From Patescibacteria group bacterium (lineage in GTDB: Bacteria; Patescibacteriota; Minisyncoccia; UBA6257; Colwellbacteraceae), in the NCBI GenBank assembly GCA_018826645.1, contig JAHJZF010000050.1:1-36295 (forward strand): a stretch of DNA of 36,295 bases, given 5' to 3'. The first letter of the stretch is position 1. Each line of letters begins with the position of its first letter. Of this stretch, positions 12,802 through 19,271 are shown piece by piece. The position numbers and the translations under genes are program-made. The notes below the pieces were generated by a model, which saw nothing but the letters and a program-made list of their open reading frames with translations, was not told where the DNA came from and ran no database searches.

Positions 12802-15249
12802 ATGACTAATTTGTTAAAAGGTCAAAGAAAAGGATTGGTAGCCATTGTAACTGGTTTATTTGTGGCAGCTAACTTAGCGTTACCGTTGGTTAGTACCGTT
12901 TTTGCCGCTGCTGTCTTTAACCAGGGCTCTCAACCCTACGATTTTCTAAGAATAGGAAGCTCTAGCAACCAAGGAGGAACCTATAACTGGCAAAATCGAA
13001 ACATAAACGCTGAACTTGGTGATACAGTTGCCGCTGTCTTGTTTTTCAACAATACCGGTGACGATAGAGCCAATCGTTCTAAAGTGAGGATATATCCGAC
13101 TATTTCACCTGATGGTCGCAAAGTTAACATCAGGGGTTATGTTTGGGCGAATAATGCTCCTCAGAAAGCCGAAACAGTGGTTGTTAATCTGACTGGTGAT
13201 GGGAAGATTACAAACGTAGATCATCTTGCTACCGTTCAGACTACTCACTGGAATCCAGTACACGAAGTTCCTCTCTCGGGCAACCCAGAGGACGTACTTG
13301 ATAGTAGCGGTCTTTCAGTCGGGAATATTAATCCTGGTGAGAGAAATGCTGGTTTCATCGTAGTTAGTTTTAGAATTAACGGCGATGACGACCCGGAAAC
13401 AGGCGATAAACCAGAAGTAACAACCGTTTCTGCTAATAATGTAGATACAGATAGCGCTGTCTTGCGTTGTGACGTTGATGCTAATGGTGCCGATACAGAT
13501 GTTTGGTTCAAATGGAGTGACAACAGAAGCGATTTAGAAAATAAAACCGCCAATGTTTCTGTCGCTGCAAATAAAACCAACGAAAGAGTAACTAAGACCA
13601 TCACTGGTCTTGATGAAGATACAAAGTATTACTTCCGTTGTGCTGGTAAAAACAGTGAAGGAGGTAATTTGGGTAGTATCTTAGAGTTCACCACAAACGA
13701 TGGTGGAAATTCAGGCGACGCACCAGAAGCAACAACCGTCTCCGCTACTAATGTAGACGAAGATAGTGCAACTTTGCGTTGTGATGTTGATGCCAACGGC
13801 GACGACACTGATGTTTGGTTTGAATGGGGCGACAGTAGCAGTAACCTCGATGAGGATACTTCTACGGTAAATGTCGACGGTAGTGAGACTAACGAGAGAA
13901 TAGATAAAACTATCTCTGGTCTTGATGAAGACACCAAGTATTACTTTCGCTGTGTTGCCAGAAATGGCGAAGGCACAGATAGGGGTAGTATCTTGAACTT
14001 CACCACAGACGATAATGGCGGTGGATCAGGCGACAAGCCAAGTGCTACCACGTTATCTGCTACAAACATTGACGAAGATAGTGCCACCTTGCGTTGTGAG
14101 GTTGACACTAATGGCGATGACGCCGACGTCTGGTTTGAATGGGGCGAAGACAACGATCTTGATGAAAAGACTTCGAAGATTAGTGTTCAAGATGGAGAGA
14201 CTAATAAAACGGTCACAAAAACCATTACTGGTCTCGACGAGGATACTAAGTATTACTTCCGTTGTTTGATAGAAGATGATGGTGGTGAAGAGGACACAGG
14301 TTCCACCAGGAACTTCACTACTGACGACAATGGTAGAAGTTCATCTAATGATGCGCCTGACGTAACTACCTTAGCTCCAACAGGAGTTGGACAGAATGAG
14401 GCTACTTTGGAGGGTGATGTAGATACCAATGGAGACGACACTGATGTGTGGTTTGAGTGGGGTACTGGCATTAATAGCCTTAACAGAGAGACCCCTCGTG
14501 ACGATGTGGGCGATAACGATAATATCGATTTCGACTACAGAGTTACTGGTCTTGCCCAAAACACCACTTACTACTACCGTGCCGTGGCTAGAAACAGCGA
14601 GGGTACTGATTACGGTTATGTTAGAAGCTTCAGAACTGGAGCTCCGATAGTAAACGTGATTACCCGAGTTGTTGAAGTCTTTAGGACGGTTGAAGTAGAA
14701 GAGGAGCCAGAAGTACAAGCTCTCATAATTACCCTTGACGCTGATAGACGAGGTGCCGAGGATAGTCGCGAGATTGATTACACCGTTTCTTATGACAACC
14801 GCACTAGTGAAACTTTCACTAATGCGCAGTTGGTAGTCGATCTCCCTCGTGATCTTAACTTCATTGACGCTAGTCCTAGAGAGGACAACGAAAGAAGCGA
14901 TGTGCTGACGTTTACTATCGGCACCATCAAACCCGGACAGAATGACTCTTTCGTTATTACCACCGATGTGGACGACAGTGTTGACGTAAATGACACAGTC
15001 CGTTTCGTGGCCGACGTCGAATACACAGACAGTGGTACCCAGAAGCTCGTGACCGTTATTGACGAACACACTTTTGGTGAACTTGTCAGTGGTAGAGTTG
15101 GTGGAACTTTTACCGCCTTGCTTATAGACAGCTTGCGTAATTTTTTCACCAGTCCGATATTATGGCTGATTCTTTTGGCCATGCTTGTCTACTTCGCGAT
15201 TCGCTACTTTGTTGCTGGACGCGACAAGAGGTCTGCCGTACTAGTGTAA
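12802..15249 (+). CDS. large cell-surface protein: signal peptide, N-terminal beta-rich domain, four FN3-like repeats, DUF11-like domain, C-terminal TM anchor
   Basis: MTNLLKGQRKGLVAIVTGLFVAANLALPLVSTVFA looks like a signal peptide. I prefer the ATG at 12802 over the ORF-track start at 12706, which lies inside the hairpin. There are four repeats of about 105 aa (..TT.SAT.VDEDSATLRCDVDANGDDTDVWFEWG...GLDEDTKYYFRC..). The DUF11-like block is LVVDLPRDLNFIDASP...TFTIGTIKPGQNDSFVITT. The C-terminal anchor is ILWLILLAMLVYFAIRYFVAGRDKR. Confidence 0.85.
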   Translation: MTNLLKGQRKGLVAIVTGLFVAANLALPLVSTVFAAAVFNQGSQPYDFLRIGSSSNQGGTYNWQNRNINAELGDTVAAVLFFNNTGDDRANRSKVRIYPTISPDGRKVNIRGYVWANNAPQKAETVVVNLTGDGKITNVDHLATVQTTHWNPVHEVPLSGNPEDVLDSSGLSVGNINPGERNAGFIVVSFRINGDDDPETGDKPEVTTVSANNVDTDSAVLRCDVDANGADTDVWFKWSDNRSDLENKTANVSVAANKTNERVTKTITGLDEDTKYYFRCAGKNSEGGNLGSILEFTTNDGGNSGDAPEATTVSATNVDEDSATLRCDVDANGDDTDVWFEWGDSSSNLDEDTSTVNVDGSETNERIDKTISGLDEDTKYYFRCVARNGEGTDRGSILNFTTDDNGGGSGDKPSATTLSATNIDEDSATLRCEVDTNGDDADVWFEWGEDNDLDEKTSKISVQDGETNKTVTKTITGLDEDTKYYFRCLIEDDGGEEDTGSTRNFTTDDNGRSSSNDAPDVTTLAPTGVGQNEATLEGDVDTNGDDTDVWFEWGTGINSLNRETPRDDVGDNDNIDFDYRVTGLAQNTTYYYRAVARNSEGTDYGYVRSFRTGAPIVNVITRVVEVFRTVEVEEEPEVQALIITLDADRRGAEDSREIDYTVSYDNRTSETFTNAQLVVDLPRDLNFIDASPREDNERSDVLTFTIGTIKPGQNDSFVITTDVDDSVDVNDTVRFVADVEYTDSGTQKLVTVIDEHTFGELVSGRVGGTFTALLIDSLRNFFTSPILWLILLAMLVYFAIRYFVAGRDKRSAVLV
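13402..14646 (+). repeat. four tandem coding repeats with periods of 312, 315 and 321 nt (FN3-like modules)
   Basis: Repeat starts at 13402, 13714, 14029 and 14350. The first three are clearly similar at DNA level (ccagaag.aacaaccgt.tc.gcta.taatgtaga...gatgtttggtt.gaatgg). The fourth is more diverged. Confidence 0.85.
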
Positions 15250-15303
15250 ACTTGTGTTGAGCGAGACCCTGCTTACTAAATAGGTAAGATAGACTTAAAA
15301 GCG

Positions 15304-15340
15304 AACAAGAAAAGCCCCCATTACGGGGGCTTTTCTTGTT
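15304..15340 (+). terminator. rho-independent terminator after the surface-protein gene
   Basis: Perfect 16-bp stem AACAAGAAAAGCCCCC / GGGGGCTTTTCTTGTT with 5-nt loop. The 3' arm is T-rich. Confidence 0.8.
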
Positions 15341-15366
15341 GGAGTTAACCCACAAAGAGTCCTTGA

Positions 15367-15437
15367 CCCCGTTAGAGACCGCCCTCAACTTATGTTGACG
15401 GCTACGATCGTCTAGGGGTGCCCTGTCTCTAACGGGG
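15367..15437 (+). repeat. ORF-less hairpin doublet of the CCCGTTAGAGAC repeat family
   Basis: CCCCGTTAGAGAC (15367-15379), 45-nt spacer, GTCTCTAACGGGG (15425-15437). It shares the 13-mer CCCGTTAGAGACC and the 16-mer CCCTGTCTCTAACGGG with the GIY-YIG element read on the minus strand. Confidence 0.8.
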
Positions 15438-15465
15438 TTGACGGCAGATATTCGACTCATATAAT
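15438..15465 (+). promoter_or_regulatory. near-consensus sigma70 promoter of the 16S rRNA gene
   Basis: TTGACG (15438-15443), 16-nt spacer, TATAAT (15460-15465), about 240 nt upstream of the mature 16S 5' end. Confidence 0.6.
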
Positions 15466-15701
15466 ATCAAGACGGTCGGTTAAGTTAGAAATGATATATG
15501 GATTCATAGACAACTGACATACGAGAACTTTAAGAAATAGAGGTTCCGCCTCTACAGATGCTTGGTCACCACGACAACATATACAGGCGTTTGTAGAGGC
15601 GGAATTTACTTATATATAGGTAGAGTGCTTTTTAGTTGTCCCGAGCTTACATTTCGGTAAGTAAAGGTCTATTCCCTCTGGAGAGTTTCTTCAGAGCGAT
15701 T

Positions 15702-17290
15702 AATTAGGAGGATTTGATCCTGGTCCAGGATGAACGCTGGCGGCGTGGATAAGGCATGCAAGTTGAGCGCTGTATTTTCAATTGACCAAACCTTCGGGCG
15801 AGGTCGCCGAAAATACGGAGCGGCAAACGAGTTAGTAACACCTTGGTATCTACCCCATACTCAGGAATAAGCCATCGAAAGATGGTCTAATACCTGATAG
15901 TCCCCGCTTTCGCTTTTCGTTTCACGAAAAGCTACAGCGGGCAAGCCGCAAGGCCTGCCCACCGTAGCTCCTAGTGGAGCGCAGAGCGAAGGTGGGGTAA
16001 AACTTTTGTGGTATGGGAGGAGCCTAGGCCCGATCAGCTAGATGGTGTGGTAATGGCGCACCATGGCTATGACCGGTAGGGGAGGTGAGAGCCTGACCCC
16101 CAACGACGGAACTGAGACACGGTCCGTACACCTACGGGTGGCCGCAGTCGAGAATATTCCACAATGGGCGAAAGCCTGATGGAGCGACGCCGCGTGCAGG
16201 AAGACGGCCTTCGGGTTGTAAACTGCTTTTCTAGGGGAAAAATATTGATGGTACCTTAGGAATAAGGAGTGGCTAAATTCGTGCCAGCAGCAGCGGTAAT
16301 ACGAATACTCCAAGCGTTATCCGAATTTATTGGGCGTAAAGCGTACGTAGGGGGCTTGATGCGTCTACTGTTAAATCTCACCGCCCAACGGTGAGGCCGC
16401 AGTAGATACGGTCAGGCTAGAGAATGCGAGAGGTCTGTGGAACGCACGGTGTAGGGGTGGTATCCGTTGATATCGTGCGGAACACCAAAGGCGAAGGCAG
16501 CAGACTGGCGTATTTCTGACCCTGAGGTACGAAAGCGTGGGTAGCGAACGGGATTAGATACCCCGGTAGTCCACGCCGTAAACTATGTTGACTAGCTGTT
16601 TCGAGTATCGACCCTCGGAGTGGCGCAGCTAACGCGTTAAGTCAACCGCCTGGGAAGTACGACCGCAAGGTTAAAACTCAAAGGAATAGACGGGGGCTCG
16701 CACAAGCGGAGGAACATGAGGTTTAATTCGATACTAAGCGAGGAACCTTACCTAGGCTTGACACCTAGACGAACGCCAGCCGAAAGGCAGGCTTCTGGAT
16801 TTATTCAGCGGCTAGGCAGGTGCTGCATGGTTGCCGTCAGCTCGTGTCTTGAGATGTACCATTAAGTTGGGAAACGAGCGCAACCCTCATCATCAGTTAC
16901 AAGTGTCTGATGAAACTGCCCTGATTCACAGGGAGGAAGGAGAGGATGACGTCAAATCAGCATGGCCCTTTGATGCCTAGGGCTACACTCATGTTACAAT
17001 GGCCGATACAAAGGGTTGCAAAGGAGTGATCCCAAGCTAATCCCATAAAGTCGGCCCCAGTTCGGATTGGAGGCTGCAACTCGCCTCCATGAAGTCGGAT
17101 TCGCTAGTAATCGCGCATCAGCTATGGCGCGGTGAATACGTTCCCGAGCCTTGTACTCACCGCCCGTCACGTCAAGGGAGCCGGGGACACCTGAAGCTTT
17201 AATTAATTTGAAGTTAGGGTGAATTCGGTGACATGGACGAAGTCGTAACAAGGCACGCGTAGCGGAAGCTGTGCGTGGAACAATTAAACT
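15702..17290 (+). rRNA. rrs: 16S ribosomal RNA, about 1.59 kb, with an expanded V2 region and no anti-SD tail
   Basis: 5' end ggaggatttgatcctggtccaggatgaacgctggcggcg. Internal universal blocks: gtgccagcagcagcggtaatac, ggattagataccccggtagtcc, aaactcaaaggaatagacggg, gcatggttgccgtcagctcgtg, ccgcccgtcac. 3' end gaagtcgtaacaaggcacgcgtagcggaagctgtgcgtggaacaattaaact. Confidence 0.95.
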
Positions 17291-17334
17291 TTGAGAATAG
17301 GTCCCCGACCTTAATCGGGGAGATATTGATCGAG

Positions 17335-17397
17335 CCCCGTTACATACGGGGCAAGCTCCGAAACTATTCGTGGAAAATCTGCGGGTATGTAACGGGG
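17335..17397 (+). repeat. variant hairpin doublet (CCCCGTTACATAC / GTATGTAACGGGG) in the 16S trailer
   Basis: Perfect 13-nt arms at 17335-17347 and 17385-17397 with a 37-nt spacer. It has the same CCCCGTTA..AC core as the 10.6-kb and 15.4-kb copies, with three compensated substitutions. Confidence 0.75.
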
Positions 17398-17520
17398 CGA
17401 GGAGTCTTTAAGTCTCGATTATCTGATTTCAACATCAGATTACTAATGACCTATTACCGAGGAGGCCCGCCACTGGCGGGTAAAGCTTGGGGCAACTAAA
17501 AAGTAAAATTACCTATATAA

Positions 17521-17556
17521 AGAAAGGCCCACCATTTGAGTGGGTCTTTCTTTTGC
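17521..17556 (+). terminator. rho-independent terminator ending the 16S transcription unit
   Basis: AGAAAGGCCCAC / GTGGGTCTTTCT stem (one G-T pair), 7-nt loop, followed by a tttcttttg run. Confidence 0.75.
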
Positions 17557-17576
17557 ACTACAATTAGTTAATAGAT

Positions 17577-17981
17577 ATGTCCGAAGAAAAGATAAACACA
17601 GAAGTTAAGCAAAAAACCATTCTATTAGTTGAGGATGACGTTTTTTTGTCGAACCTTCTAATGTCGCGTCTTCAGAAAGCTGGCCTCAAGGTGGTTAAGG
17701 CAATGACGGGAGAGGAGGCAATCTCAATTTTAAAAACAGATAATGAGCCGGACTTAATATTGCTTGATATAATTTTGCCTGAGATGACGGGATTTGAAGT
17801 ATTGAAACAAATTCAGGAAGATCCGACTCTCGGCAAATCACCGGTTATTATTGCATCTAACTTGGGTCAAAGTACCGATATCGAAAGGGGTAAACAATTT
17901 GGAGTTGTGAACTATTTTATTAAAGCCCAGACGCCGATTGATAAATTGGTTGAAGAGGTCAAGAGAGTTGTGGGTAAATAG
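17577..17981 (+). CDS. single-domain CheY-like response regulator
   Basis: Receiver-domain residues are present: LLVEDD, phospho-acceptor context LILLDIILPEMTG, conserved S/T (IASN) and K (FIKAQ). 134 aa with no output domain. Confidence 0.9.
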   Translation: MSEEKINTEVKQKTILLVEDDVFLSNLLMSRLQKAGLKVVKAMTGEEAISILKTDNEPDLILLDIILPEMTGFEVLKQIQEDPTLGKSPVIIASNLGQSTDIERGKQFGVVNYFIKAQTPIDKLVEEVKRVVGK

Positions 17982-18021
17982 AGCTGTTCCACTTATTCAC
18001 CCCCCCCTCATTGCCCGAATT

Positions 18022-18030
18022 TGCTATAAT
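18022..18030 (+). promoter_or_regulatory. extended -10 promoter element upstream of the pilin gene
   Basis: TGcTATAAT at 18022-18030, about 40 nt upstream of the ATG at 18072. No good -35. Confidence 0.35.
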
Positions 18031-18071
18031 AAAGGCGTAAAAATAAAAAGTCGTTTTTAAGTTTAAATAAA

Positions 18072-18617
18072 ATGGAACAAACAAAAAAAGGTTTTACTTT
18101 AGTCGAACTTCTAATCGTAATCGGTATTTTGGGGATTTTAGCCGCTGCGGTTGTGGTGGTTCTAAACCCTGCTGAGCTTTTGAAGCAGGCCAGAGACTCT
18201 AAAAGGATGCAGGATTTGGTTAGCATTGATTCTGCTCTCGGTTTGTACCTAGTTTCGACCTCTACTCCTAATGTTGGTGACGGGGCGATTAATATAACGC
18301 AGACTGCAGGAGGGTGCGACGAGGGTGCTACTCCAGGCGTGGTGGCCACTAGAACAACGGATGGCGCCGGATGGGTTAATGTTGATTTAGACGAGCTTAC
18401 GGGAGGCTCTCCTTTATCTGTTTTGCCGATAGATCCTACTAACAGTGGCACTTACGCTTATTGTTACATGGGCAGTAGTACGCCTCTCACTTGGGAGCTA
18501 GCGGCTATTTTAGAGAGCACCAAGTTTGGTACGACTGATAACTTGGACGCAATTGATGGAGGAACAGACGATACGGTCTATGAGATTGGTTCAGACCTCA
18601 GTTTGATAACCAACTAA
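18072..18617 (+). CDS. type IV pilin (prepilin-type N-terminal cleavage/methylation domain)
   Basis: MEQTKKGFTLVELLIVIGILGILAAAVVV has the class III signal peptide: G|FTLxE plus a hydrophobic helix. Confidence 0.9.
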   Translation: MEQTKKGFTLVELLIVIGILGILAAAVVVVLNPAELLKQARDSKRMQDLVSIDSALGLYLVSTSTPNVGDGAINITQTAGGCDEGATPGVVATRTTDGAGWVNVDLDELTGGSPLSVLPIDPTNSGTYAYCYMGSSTPLTWELAAILESTKFGTTDNLDAIDGGTDDTVYEIGSDLSLITN

Positions 18618-18624
18618 CATTGGT

Positions 18625-19215
18625 TTGAGCGAAATTCTTGTTAGTTTTATTCCAACCGTCCTTGTTGTGGGGGCGGTTGGTCTTGTGTTGAGAGTAAGAA
18701 AAGGACGAAATAAAGCACGCTCTTTGAAGGGTGCTTTTTATATCTTTGTATTACTTGTTTTCTCGTATAGTAGTTGGCTAAGCTATTTGCAGTACAAAAT
18801 ATGGGCGGGTAACGAACTTGGAAGATATTTTCTTCCTGAATATCAGGTGGGATACTTCTACTTCTATTCATTTACCCTTTTTTTCTTACCCTACTTACTA
18901 TCCTTTATTTTGGGGGCACTTTTCATATATTTACTGACTAAACTTAACAATAGTCGCGACAAGACGTTGTTTGAGGACGAAGAGCCCTATATTGCAGGGC
19001 TCTTTATGTTCTTATCTGGCTATCCGGGAATCTTAATATATTTTGTTTCGATACTTGCCGTATATCTGCTCTGGCACATAGTCGAAATGTTTAGGGGGGC
19101 AAAAGATGTTAGGTTGCCCCTTTACTATTTATGGCCAATCGCCGCCCTTTTAATGATATTGGTTTGGCGCTCCTCCTTCGTAAGGTCTGATATCTGGTTA
19201 CTTCTAAAAATCTAA
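18625..19215 (+). CDS. polytopic membrane protein of unknown function inside the pilus cluster
   Basis: Five to six hydrophobic segments. TTG start. I recognised no family motif, and no GxGD-type aspartyl peptidase box. Confidence 0.55.
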   Translation: MSEILVSFIPTVLVVGAVGLVLRVRKGRNKARSLKGAFYIFVLLVFSYSSWLSYLQYKIWAGNELGRYFLPEYQVGYFYFYSFTLFFLPYLLSFILGALFIYLLTKLNNSRDKTLFEDEEPYIAGLFMFLSGYPGILIYFVSILAVYLLWHIVEMFRGAKDVRLPLYYLWPIAALLMILVWRSSFVRSDIWLLLKI

Positions 19216-19271
19216 TTGTAAGATTGTGTTAAAATTGAATTATAGGCGATGTAACGGCTATATTTTTGGTA

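Noticed and set aside
13402-14646. FN3 repeats as targets of a diversity-generating retroelement.
   Set aside because: There is no reverse transcriptase, no template repeat and no adenine-specific mismatch pattern in the window. The divergence looks like ordinary repeat drift.
15146-15460. 104-aa minus-strand ORF spanning the terminator, the hairpin doublet and the rRNA promoter.
   Set aside because: It is composed of regulatory and repeat sequence with no motif. The shared codons with the GIY-YIG C-terminus are explained by the repeat arm itself.
16038-17499. ORFs 16038-16313(-), 16994-17251(-) and 17275-17499(+).
   Set aside because: The first two lie inside the 16S rRNA gene. The third covers the structured rRNA trailer. 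None has a protein-like motif, so there is no evidence for a homing endonuclease or other insert-encoded protein.
17277-17520. Possibility that an intron near the 16S 3' end hides a normal anti-SD exon downstream.
   Set aside because: No CACCTCC or GATCACC sequence occurs anywhere between helix 45 and the terminator. The only GGAGG-like string (17460-17465) has the wrong polarity.
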